Source: Salpingoeca rosetta
Lineage: Eukaryota > Protista > Choanoflagellata
Direction: 5' to 3'
DNA length: 64,000 nucleotides
Assembly: GCA_033442325.1 (NCBI GenBank)
Contig: JAWQFM010000031.1
Span: 417,760-481,759, forward strand
Below are positions 48,223 to 64,000 of this stretch, in pieces (the stretch's first letter is position 1; every line of letters begins with the position of its first letter). Under the pieces are notes generated by a model that was given only the letters and a program-made list of their open reading frames with translations, had not been told where the DNA came from and ran no database searches. Position numbers and translations under genes: made by a program.

Positions 48223-48918
48223 NNNNNNNNNNNNNNNNNNNNNNNNNNNNNNNNNNNNNNNNNNNNNNNNNNNNNNNNNNNNNNNNNNNNNNNNNNNNNN
48301 NNNNNNNNNNNNNNNNNNNNNNNNNNNNNNNNNNNNNNNNNNNNNNNNNNNNNNNNNNNNNNNNNNNNNNNNNNNNNNNNNNNNNNNNNNNNNNNNNNNN
48401 NNNNNNNNNNNNNNNNNNNNNNNNNNNNNNNNNNNNNNNNNNNNNNNNNNNNNNNNNNNNNNNNNNNNNNNNNNNNNNNNNNNNNNNNNNNNNNNNNNNN
48501 NNNNNNNNNNNNNNNNNNNNNNNNNNNNNNNNNNNNNNNNNNNNNNNNNNNNNNNNNNNNNNNNNNNNNNNNNNNNNNNNNNNNNNNNNNNNNNNNNNNN
48601 NNNNNNNNNNNNNNNNNNNNNNNNNNNNNNNNNNNNNNNNNNNNNNNNNNNNNNNNNNNNNNNNNNNNNNNNNNNNNNNNNNNNNNNNNNNNNNNNNNNN
48701 NNNNNNNNNNNNNNNNNNNNNNNNNNNNNNNNNNNNNNNNNNNNNNNNNNNNNNNNNNNNNNNNNNNNNNNNNNNNNNNNNNNNNNNNNNNNNNNNNNNN
48801 NNNNNNNNNNNNNNNNNNNNNNNNNNNNNNNNNNNNNNNNNNNNNNNNNNNNNNNNNNNNNNNNNNNNNNNNNNNNNNNNNNNNNNNNNNNNNNNNNNNN
48901 NNNNNNNNNNNNNNNNNN
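48223..48918. other. Assembly gap
   Basis: Run of N. Confidence 0.99.
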
Positions 48919-48930
48919 GGTCCGTCGTCG

Positions 48931-49037
<107 letters not shown>

Positions 49038-49128
49038 AGGTTCGCAGAGGGCGTGAACATCTGACAGAAGTGATGGCCGTTCCCTTGAAACCAATCCAAT
49101 ACACACAATCAACTGCTCACGCACTCAC

Positions 49129-50142
49129 GCTTCTGAAATGTACGCGAGACTCTGCATTGTCATATCGGCGGCGTCCTGTCCAGCATCCATTTCAAGCAAT
49201 GTCATGGCGAGCAGCAAGCAACGCGCAGAGTAAGATTTCCATGCCATCTCTTGCGCTCTTGTGCTCGCGCATAACCAAATCACGCACACATGCGCACGCG
49301 CGCACGCGCGTGCAAGGCTTCAAAAGACAATCTTCTTCTTCCTTCCACCTCCCATCGTAACACGGCCGCACCTGCAGCTCGTAGGAGAAGCCGAGCATAA
49401 GGTTCACGGAGGCCACGTGCTCTGTACCGAGCAGCGGCAGCGAAATGTCAATCTCCAGGTCCTCCGGTCTCCCATCAAAGTTTGCATCACGCTCACGCGC
49501 CTGTCACAACAGCAATGACAACAATGACAGCAGCAACAGCAGCAACAGCCCAGGTAAGAGGATGCGACGTGCTGCGAAACGCGTGTGGCGCACGGTTGCA
49601 CATTTCAACCTCAGCCCACTTCCACCCACTAGCATATGTACTCAAGCACACGACGCAGTCAGAGAGCATCGCGGCAGTACCGTAACGACGGGAAAGCGGA
49701 GCGCATCTCCCAGCATGGCGTTGATTTCGGGAATGGATGTCCACGTCATGATGGGCAGGCCGGCCGAGTCCAGCGCCGTGACCACAATCTCATTCTGGAA
49801 GAAGACCAGCGGATCCTCCCTGTACGTGGCTTCCTCCAGCAGGAAACCTGTGAATACACCACCAAAACAGGGCAAAAGGATGGGACAGGAAATGAGACAG
49901 GAAGTGTGTGTGTGTGTGTGCGAATGAAAAGAACAACCACAAATGAAGCACAAGGAACGCACGCACGTGTTTTCAAACACGCACACACATGCACACAACC
50001 ATGTCTGACCTCCGGTTCGAATGCAGACGAGCAGAGGGGCGACGACGATGATGACCAGGCCCAAGAAGGCGCACAGCCCTGCCCCACTGCATGGCCCAGC
50101 ATGCCATCGCCTCTCCAAAGGCTCCGCCAACACACAAACCAT
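49129..50142 (-). CDS. TMEM231: TMEM231 ciliary transition-zone protein, first four exons; the rest probably lies in or beyond the 48223-48918 gap
   Basis: MVCVLAEPLERRWHAGPCSGAGL...APLLVCIRTG|GFLLEEATYREDPLVFFQNE...TWTSIPEINAMLGDALRFPVVT|ARERDANFDGRPE...LPLLGTEHVASVNLMLGFSYELQ|DAADMTMQSLAYI, collinear with the TMEM231 N-terminal half. Confidence 0.88.
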
Positions 50143-50162
50143 GTCCGTGTGCGATGTGTGCG

Positions 50163-50205
<43 letters not shown>

Positions 50206-50298
50206 GGTGAGCAGCGGCGACCGTTGCTGAAATTCGATGAATGATTTCGCGATTCTTCCAAACTTCCACCACCAAAACAACAAGGAAGACAAAAGACG

Positions 50299-51889
50299 AT
50301 GGCGACGTTGGCAGAACAGTACACGGAGGTGCGGGGACGGCGGTGTTGTGTGTCGTTTCTTTCTGGTAATGGGTTCGTGATGTTGGGCCTCGCCTCCTTT
50401 GACCCGTTCAGTGACATTCACAAAACATCGCTGTCATTGTGCAGGTGAAAGACTGGCTGCAAGAGCTGTTTCGTGACGAGGATGACGTGCCCCCGTTTGA
50501 CAACAATGCAGCCACGATCCAAGGTGTGCGTGTGTTGGGTGTGTTGTGTGTCTGTGTGTTGTGTGTGTGTGTGTGTGTGTCTACGTGTGTTGTGTGTGTG
50601 TGTGTGTCTCTGTGTGTGTGTGTCTCTGTGTGTGTGTGTGTCTACGTGTGTTGTGTGTTTACTGTGTTTGTGTGTGTGTGTGTGTGTTTTCCATGTGTGT
50701 TTTTGAATGTGTTCCGTGCATTAATGAGCGACGGAAGAAGGCATCGTTGCACATTGCACCCTAACACTGCTGCCCCTTGCTTGCTGAATGTAGCGTTGTA
50801 TTCCTTATGTCGGGAGAGCAAGAAGACCGATGCCATGGCAGAAGCCGCAACCACAGATGCAACTAAGCGGGCGCAGGAGTACAGATTAGGAAGTGCGCAG
50901 CTCACAAGCTTGCTCGATTCCGTTGGTGTCTCCGAAAACGCTCTCACTCCCACAGGTAACGTGACACTGTGTTCCGGCTGCTGTTGTTGTGCTCGTTGTG
51001 ACTTGTGAAAGTGTCGTCGTTGTTCCCCATGGCCCAGTTCTTAAAGTGACAGTGCTTTCCCTCTGCTTTTATGTTGCACATGACTGTTTTAGGGCGTGAG
51101 GCCTTGGATGCTCTCGTTGAAACGCAACTTCAGTTGCAAACACGCGACAACGACGGATACACGTAAGAGTATGTTGTTCTTGATGTTCTTGTTGTTCTTG
51201 TTGTTGTTGTTGTTGTTGTTCTTCTTCTTGTTGTTGTTGTTGTTCTTCTTGTTGTTGTTGTTGTTGTTGCTGTTCTTGTTGTTGTTGTTGTTGCTGTTCT
51301 TGTTGCTCTTGGTCTTGTTGTTGCTCTTGTCCAATGTTTTTGCATGCACCGATGCCATCGCATTCAGCCATGCGTTCCTGCCTCACTGTGCAATGTCGCT
51401 GCTGAACCTCTACATCGCTGCCGTGCCTGCAAGCATCATGGCGGGCGTAAGCCATCACGAGGGCCAGCGGCATGCGGCGCGCCACGCGCACGCGCGCGCG
51501 GCAGAAAGACTTCAGAGAACACAAACTGCATGTGCACAAGCACAACGCCGACTCAACGCCACAACAAAGTGCGTGTGTACGTGTGTGTGCGTGTGTGTTT
51601 GTGTCTGCACAACAGCAAGTTGTACGACTGTATCTTCTTCCTCCGCAGTCCTTGACCACCACCGCTTCTTCCACAAACCACCACTCTAACACTCCCCCAC
51701 TTCCCGCGTGCTGCAGGGTGTGCGATGATCTCTCACGCGGCAAGACGGCGGCTGCTGTTGATGCGCGCTGGCGGGAGGCGGATGTGCAGCAGCAGCTCGA
51801 GGCCGTCGCAGACACCAAGCGCTCCCTCACACACAGAGAGGTGTGTGAATGTGTGTGTGTGGGGGTGTGTGGGTGTGTCTGTGTGTGTC

Positions 51890-51929
<40 letters not shown>

Positions 51930-52522
51930 GGTGTGTGTGTGTGTGTGTGTGTGTCTGCTTGTGTGTGTGTGTGTGTGGGTGTGTGTGTCGGTGTGTGGGT
52001 GTGTGGGTGTGTCTGCGTGTGTCGGTGTGTGGGTGTGTGGGTGTGTCTGCGTGTGTGTCTGCTTGTCTGCTTGTCTGTCTATCTTTGTGTATGTGAGTGT
52101 ATCCTTATCCGTCTGTCTGTCCGCGTCGCTGTCCTTAAGGCATTCAGGCTGTTTGTCCGTGCCTTGTTCTGTTGCAATTCACTGACCCACACCCGCCTTT
52201 CCTTCCCCCCATCTTCGTTTCGTTTTCGCTTCGTTCCGTGTGCAGGCTCACCTGGAGCGTCTCGGTTTCTCCAGCGACATTATGCACAACAACTTGCAGC
52301 AGCTGCAACAGGTGAGGCACCGTGCCTCCCATGCGCACACATGCACACACGCAATCTAGGCAGTCATCTCCAAGGAAATGTTGTGGGGCAGCTGCTTCCT
52401 CGTTCACACTTCACCTCCCAATGCTTCTTCCCTCTTTTTCAGGCTACGGCAGCCATTCAGCGCGAGTGCGATGCCCTCGAGCAACAGCTCCAGGCCGTAC
52501 AACCACTACCCAAGGTGGGCAG

Positions 52523-52565
<43 letters not shown>

Positions 52566-52766
52566 GTGTTGTGTCTAATAGTTTTTTGCCCACATATCCG
52601 CTCCCTCCCTCCATCAATCACTCACACGGATACTCCCTCCCTCCCTCACCCACACCCCCCCCCGCCCTTGTAGGATGTGCGAGAAGCGCGCGTGTATCTG
52701 GAGCGTGCGCGGCTACGGCGGCAACAGCTCGTGGACAAGCTCAAGGCAAACTTTGATCACATGTAG
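50299..52766 (+). CDS. HAUS1: Augmin/HAUS complex subunit 1 (~9 exons)
   Basis: VKDWLQELF...VPPFDNNAATIQ|ALYSL...KRAQEY...LLDSVGVSENALTPT|GREALDALVET...IMHNNL...QPLPK|DVREARVYLERAR, collinear with HAUS1. Confidence 0.82.
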
Positions 52767-52801
52767 CAGCAGCTGATGTGCCGTTGCAGTCACGCATACA
52801 C

Positions 52802-52838
<37 letters not shown>

Positions 52839-52846
52839 CTCTCTCT

Positions 52847-53023
52847 CGTTATGCGGCGCTAAGGCTCCTGAGCCAAGAGCTTCCATTCGACGCTCGTGTG
52901 CTAGAAGTCAAATCGACCCTGGCTGGCCCATGTAAAAGTCGTGGCAGGCTCTGGGACTCGTAATAATCGGGACAGGAAAGACCGAAGCTTTTTTGATCCC
53001 TTCAAATAATGACAGCAAGTTCC

Positions 53024-53025
<2 letters not shown>
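52847..53025. mobile_element. Short non-coding element between microsatellites; putative MITE-like repeat family member
   Basis: Left motif shared with 15255-15282; right motif (GACCGAA...TTTTTTGATCCC...AAATAA) shared with 62156-62218. Confidence 0.35.
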
Positions 53026-53118
<93 letters not shown>

Positions 53119-54003
53119 TGTTGAGCAAAGCTCTCGCAGTGTACAAACCTTGCAAACAACAGTGCCACCAGACCACCAAACACAAACGCACGTCCACACC
53201 AACCGCAACCAACATGCCTGCCACTGTCACAACATTACATTGCTCATTGACCCGACGTCATCAGTCAGTTACACACGCACGACGGAACGATGCCTCGTTT
53301 GTCAAAGGCATGCATTGTATGTATGCCTACCTTTACCTTGCTTGCTCTCTTCCTCGCTTGCGTTGCTGTGCACGTGCGTGCATGTACGCATTGAGAGCAG
53401 CCGTGTCCGTTGTGTGTCGGTTGTGGCCGTTGTCACGAACGACAACGAACGTTCCCTTGACGTTCACGAAGGGTTGTTGATATCTTCCCGAAAGTTTCCC
53501 GATCCACCCTTTTTCTTCAAACGCCCACAACCACAACCACAACAAAACTCTCTCGGCGAAACAAAGCACCACACGATGCGATGCGCCGCCTACGCACCCA
53601 CAAACCAAAACACACCCTCTCACATGCACTCATTCACACAGCAGCCAGCCAGTCGTCAGTCAGTCAGGCTCACACGCACACCACGGACAGATACGCACTG
53701 CACCTCGCTGCTCTGAGATAAGAAAATCTGGCACTCGCACTCGCATTCAGTCAAGGCAGTCACTTTCCATACACAACCGACGAGCAACTACCCAGCACCT
53801 GCGGCCAAACCAACACAGCAAGCAGTCGCTTGCAAACACATAATATGATGAAGAGCAGAGGGTCTGCGCTCAACACAAGTGCAACTGCAACGGCACTAGC
53901 ACCACTGATACCAACAACGGCAAAAAGAAGAGGAGCGCCAAGGCCAACAACACTTGCAGCAGAGAAGTACACAAGCAAGCGTGCCGCCTCGTTGGCCTCC
54001 GCA

Positions 54004-55827
54004 ATGCCGGTGTCTCGTTCGGTTGTTGTGACAGCGCTGGTGACGACGGTGTTGGCGCTTTTGCTGGCAGCGGCACCGAGGAGTTGTGCCGCTGCCTCAT
54101 CGGAGCGACCAAATGTCCTGATTCTGTTCTTGGACGATGTCGGTGCAGACCGGTTTCCGTTCTACGGGTCCAACATTGACGTGTCGCCCAACCTGAATGA
54201 GCTCTACGAGCGAGCAGTGACGCTGGATGCGTTTTTCACCCAGCCCATCTGCGGCCCGTCGCGCGCGTGCCTCCTGAGCGGCCGCCTCACGTCCAACACA
54301 AAGGCGTACAGCAACGGGCACAAGCGGAACAAGGACTTTGACGAATCCGAGTGCACGTTGGGCTCTGTGTTCCAGCAGGCGGGCTACCGCACCGGCTTGT
54401 TTGGAAAGCTCCATGCTTCACACCCATACGTGAAGACGCTTGACACCAGCTGTGGCTTTGACACCTGGGCCGTTTGGGCCCGTCGAGGCCCTCGCTACCA
54501 CAACTCAACGGTGCGACATGGTTGTGTGCGTGTGTGTGTGTGTGTGTGTTTGTTTGCGTCATGTGTGTTTGTGTGTGTGTATGTTTGTGGTGTTCTGGAG
54601 GGTGTTGTTTGCGTCTATGTGTGTGTGTGTGTGTGTGTGGTTTGTGTTTGTGTTTGCATGTATGTGTGTGCGTGTGTGTTGCCCGTTTGCTTGCTTTCCC
54701 TCCTTTTCCCTTTTCCCTCCCCCTCCTTCTCTCCCTTTCTGTGTCCAACGTGCATGCATGCATGCATGTACGTGTTCTCGCCCATGCCGTCCCTCACCCT
54801 TGCCAAACCCACCCCCAACCTCCCCCACCCATTCATGTAGATTGAGACAAACATTGGCGAGGGCAACCTAACCTTTGATGGCCTCGTGGATGCCGTGCTT
54901 GATCCCGAGAGCGCATCTGTTCCACGCCGCGTCGCCCTCACCAACACGTACCACCCGCACCTGAACCGCGAGCTGGCAAAGGCCTTCATCTCCACCAGCG
55001 TCGCAGAGGACCAGAACTTCCTCCTGCACATGCCCATGATCCTGACCCACGGCCCATATGAGGACAAGCCGCAGGACCCCTCACTCCCGGCCGACATGGA
55101 GGCTGAGGAGGACAACGACGCGCTGTTCAACCAGCGGCTGATGGTCGCCGACGCCGTGGTGGGCGACATCCTGCGCCACATGGAGGTGGAGGGCGTGGCC
55201 AACAACACGATTGTCGTTGCCATGGGCGACAACGGCACGCCGCGCAAGTACTCGTCGATTGTCAACGGCGTCGAAACGCGCTCGGGCAAGCGCCACGCCG
55301 GGGAGACCAAGGGCACGCGCGTGCCGTTCCTCCTCTTCGACCCGCGCCTCGGCACCACGCCCCGCACCGTGAAGCCCATCACCAGCATGGTTGACGTCCT
55401 GCCCACGCTCATGGACGCCACGGGCGTGAATCAGTTGCCTGCAGGCAAGGACCCGCTGGATGGAACGAGCTTCTGGCCGCTCGTGACGGGCGAGTCGAAG
55501 CGGCGGCGACAGTGGTCCTTCCTCTTCTCCAAGACGCGCGCGCCGCACGCCGTGGTGCGCAACCGAAAGATCATCATCACCTCGGACGGCACCGTCTACC
55601 GCGAGCGCAAGTGGTACGATCCGGTGCAGATCACGCCCGAGGTGGTGTGCCGCAAGCGCAAGTACTTCCGCCGGTTCAAGAGCATGGTGAAAGAGGCGTG
55701 GAAGCTGGACATTGACGTGACCTTCCCAGGTTCCGACACCGCCTACCCGCCCAACTCCTGCTCCAAGATTGTCTGCAACGACGAGACAAGCCTGCCAGAG
55801 TGTGTCCCTGCATGCCCGTGCAAATGA
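54004..55827 (+). CDS. Secreted formylglycine-dependent (type I) sulfatase. Exons 54004-54510 and 54841-55827
   Basis: Signal peptide; RPNVLILFLDDVG; QPICGPSRACLLSGR (CxPxR); GYRTGLFGKLH; MGDNG; GTRVPF; DVLPTL...DGTSF. Confidence 0.93.
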
Positions 55828-56408
55828 GAGCGTGTGCGTGGACACGCATCGAGATGAGGAGCGCCAACTGCTGCAGTTTTGGGACTGAGGGCCTCCTTAT
55901 TTTGCAGTGTTGGGGTTTTTCGTCGATTCCCAATCCCCTTTCCCTCCCACACATGAACGCATGCATGCACATACACACACACACACACACACATATCTCA
56001 TGTTTATTCCTGTACTCTGTGCGTGTGCTCTTCGTTTCCCTGGCTGGCTGCCTGTCTTCGCGTCAATCAATCCGCCTACACATGTCCATAGATGACCCGT
56101 TAACCCATCCTAGCATCCTGTTGCCCACAGACTTGTGCTCCCTCTTCGCGGCTCTCTTTCACATGTTCGTTCCTTTTCCAACACCGCGTTGATGTTGTTG
56201 CTGTTACATGCACACACACAACGTGTCCTTAACGGTTCGATAGTTTTTGTCCTTCTCTTCGTCAATAAAGCAAGTCAAGGATGAACCACTCGCTGCCGCT
56301 GACAGGGTTGGCTGCATGTTTATTTGAAGACATGGGTGGGCTTGAAGAAGAGGGGGGGGGGAGGAGGGATTTGGCCGAGCATGCACACACACACACACAC
56401 ACACACAG

Positions 56409-56484
<76 letters not shown>

Positions 56485-56562
56485 ACAAGAAGAACAAGAA
56501 GAACAAGAAGAAAAAGCACAGGTGCAGGTAGGAATAAGAGCGTGCTGCGAGGAGTTGCCTTG

Positions 56563-61267
<4,705 letters not shown>

Positions 61268-61562
61268 GGTGGTTGTCGTTGAGTGTGTGGACGAGGTGGT
61301 GGATTGATCGGGCAGCGAGGTGAGAGGTGAGAGGCGGCGGGAAAATGAAGCGACGTGTGGTGTTGGAGGTAAACAGTGAGCGGCGTGGACAGCAATGGAA
61401 GCACAAACATACAGGTAAAAACACACAACACACAACACACAACACACAACACACACAGACACACACATACACACAGACACCGACCCCGTTCCTGCGCAGG
61501 TCGTGTAATGCAACGCTTAGTCTGTAACATTAAGTTCTTCCACCGTGCTGTGTGATTCATAT

Positions 61563-62224
61563 TACGTTCTAGTCTCCGGAACGAAGTTTTGTGGAAATTG
61601 GTAGAATCGGCGTTGTGCGCACCTTCTTAGCTCGCCGATAGAGGACCGGATTCAGACCTGTCCATGCCGACCCTTCAATTAGGCTACACCGAGTACCCGA
61701 GTCTGAATATGCCAGAAACCCTCTTCAAGGAACCTTCTGGGATAACAACCCGCGCATCAGTCGAGGAACGGATCATGAAAGCGTAATTCTCCAACTGCTT
61801 ACTTGTGAAGAGATCATATATCCACTTTAGGATGTCCGCCAGTACAAAAAAACGAGCTCCCTGACCCTTGAAAAACACCCCGCGACACACGCAACGGGCC
61901 ACCCCGGGTATAGAGGCGTCTCGTGTCACGCCATGCCCTACGATGGCTAAATCGGTCATGGCAGAGACTTCAGCTATAATAAGGTACAACTTGTCGCCTC
62001 CACTCCTACTTGACATCCTGGGCACGGTACACCCAGGTGATCGTGGGATCGGATGCCCACGAGAGGGAGCACGGACAGCATTGTGACTCCCAGTAAGGAA
62101 TCCGTCTATAAGTGGCGTAAACAGCAGTGTTGAAATCTTATTGGCATATTAACAGGACCGAAAAAATCTTCGGTAAATATTATAAGGATTGTTTTTTGAT
62201 CCCAAGAACAAAATAACGAACGTA
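61563..62224. mobile_element. Microsatellite-free, lower-GC non-coding block with short inverted ends TACGTTC...GAACGTA; putative non-autonomous transposon
   Basis: Composition differs from the flanks; 7-bp inverted termini; right end similar to 52980-53011; no convincing ORF. Confidence 0.35.
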
Positions 62225-62536
62225 CGTCACACACACACACACACACACACAGACACACACACACACACACACACACAGACACACACACACACACACATCT
62301 TTGGTGTTTGTGTTTCCCGCCAAACCGCCCACTCGATGATTGTTTATGACTCCACTCAATTTTCCGTAACCGTTTCGCTTGGTTTTGGATTTTCGCGGCA
62401 GACAACAACAGCGACGGCGAGCGGAAGAAGGTGGTGCTGTTGTTGTTGTGTGTTGGTGCACGTTGCTGGGTGCGTGCTGTGTTGTGCTGTGAAGGACCAA
62501 ACAAGAAGGCAACAACAGTGAGGCAACCGAGCAACG

Positions 62537-64000
62537 ATGAGAGGACAGGCGGAAGAGGAGGTGCTTGAGCTGCGGCGAGCGCTCACGGACGCCGAGGAGC
62601 AGGTGCGATTTCCTTGTGCATGTGTGTGTCTGTGTGCATGAACAAGGCGCGCTTCCTTCCTTATCATGTCTCCCGTGCTCTCCCCAATGTCGTCCAACAG
62701 CTGACGTGTGCACTGCCATCGCCTGTTGCAGGTGTCGGAGCTGCTGCGCGAGCGGGATGAGCTCAAGGGCGAGTTAACCGAGACCAGGTCCACGCTGCAG
62801 CAAGCCGCTGAATTTGGCTCCCAGCTCGTTGCCCAGGCCAACCAGAGCAAGTGAGTCTGAGGTCGATTTGGCGCAGGAGGAGGATGGCAAGAAGAACTGC
62901 ATTCATGCGTGTTGTATGTGCTTGTGTGTGTGTGTGTGTGTGTGCGTGTGTGTGTGTGTGTGTGTATGTGTTCATGCGTGACTCGTTATGGGTTACCAGC
63001 TGCGGCTGCTTGCCGTGCCCTTTCTTGTGAACTCATCCGTGTCGGCTGGCAACTTGTGCAGTGCCGAGCTGGAGTCTGTTCGCGCAGAGCTCGAGGCCAA
63101 GGCGCTGGAGATTGAGGTATTGGAGAGTCTGTTCGAACCGTTGATGGCAAAGCTGGAAAGTGGCTATATCGCCTGGTTGACCACCGCGTGGCAGTGCAAA
63201 GCTACCCAAGCACAAGGCGTGTGCATGTTGTGGCCCATGCTCACTCCATGTCTGTGTTCATGCATCGTTCCCCAACGTTTAGAGCTACCAAGCACAGATG
63301 CAGAAGCTCACGACGAAGAACCAGGAGCTTGAATCCGAGCTGGCGGTGAGAGCGCGCACGCATGTGGTGGCGGTTGGGAGCAGAGGGGCACCCTGAGTGC
63401 GGGTATGGGATGGGGTGCAAGTTTGGCCAGTCTCCTTGACGTGGTTTGCGACAGTTCACACAGCCCTCACACATGCATACGCACATGTTCGCGCCCACGC
63501 ACACACACACACATACGCGCGACATCGTGGCAGGTTGTGCTTGAGGAGATCGAGCACAATGAGCAGCTGTCAAAGGATATGACGACACGGACGGCGAAGC
63601 AGCAGCAGCGCGAGAAACAGGTGCGGCTGAAGGAGGGCGAGGAAGGTAGTGAAGGGAGGGCCATCTGTGTATGACGCATGTATTACGTCATGCATCCCAC
63701 AACAGGTCTATTGGCTCGCGCGCACATGTCACATTCCGCTCACACACACACACACACGCACGCACAAACATGCACACACATGCACACACACGCACAAACA
63801 TGCACACACATGCACACACACACACATATGCTCGCCACCACCCTTCAGCACCATGCTGTTGTGTCGCGGCTTGAGGACCGGCTGGTGATTGCGACGAGCG
63901 AGGTGGAGCGGGCAGAGCGACGGGCGCACGCGGCGGAGGAGGAGAGGGACGTGCTGACGGCCAAGATGGAGACACACGCCGGCACCATTGAGGAGCTGCA
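62537..64000 (+). CDS. Coiled-coil dynein adaptor with CC1 box (BICD/BICDR/Spindly/HAP1-TRAK type); 5' part, continues beyond the window
   Basis: MRGQAEEEVLELRRALTDAEEQ|VSELLRERDELKGELTETRSTLQQAAEFGSQLVAQ. An AAxxG CC1 box sits in an N-terminal coiled coil, and further GT-AG exons are coiled-coil. Confidence 0.7.

Noticed and set aside
50205-50240. RFX X-box upstream of TMEM231
   Set aside because: Only half-site-like GTTGC/GGCGAC is present, with no full palindromic X-box.
61684-62086. 113-aa and 72-aa ORFs as transposase remnants
   Set aside because: No DDE, HTH or reverse-transcriptase motifs are recognisable.

Overview
Eukaryotic, GC-rich, gene-dense DNA whose short GT-AG introns are packed with (GT)n/(CA)n microsatellites. 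This style and the gene content point to a choanoflagellate, most likely Salpingoeca rosetta (inference). Most ORFs in the supplied track are microsatellite or antisense artefacts, so I rebuilt the real genes by splicing exons manually. About 15 genes are supported, in order: PDX1 (3' end), F-box/ankyrin-like protein, a ~2,940-aa GTPase-helical rod-SecA-like ATPase-vWA fusion, a p67phox/NoxR-like NADPH oxidase activator, an NhaC-family transporter, a soluble P-type ATPase-like protein lacking membrane helices and catalytic motifs, a PPR protein, an NDUFAF4-like protein, a PA-TM-RING ligase, a plant-type Deg protease, TMEM231, HAUS1, a sulfatase, the meiotic HORMA protein HOP1/HORMAD, and a CC1-box dynein adaptor (5' end). 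There are three N-gaps. The strongest candidates for something new are (1) the giant GTPase-SecA-vWA protein, a possible NTP-driven defence or remodelling machine, and (2) the P-type ATPase pseudoenzyme reduced to its A and P domains. A small family of non-coding elements next to microsatellites is also visible. All family calls come from motif recognition by eye; no database searches were run.
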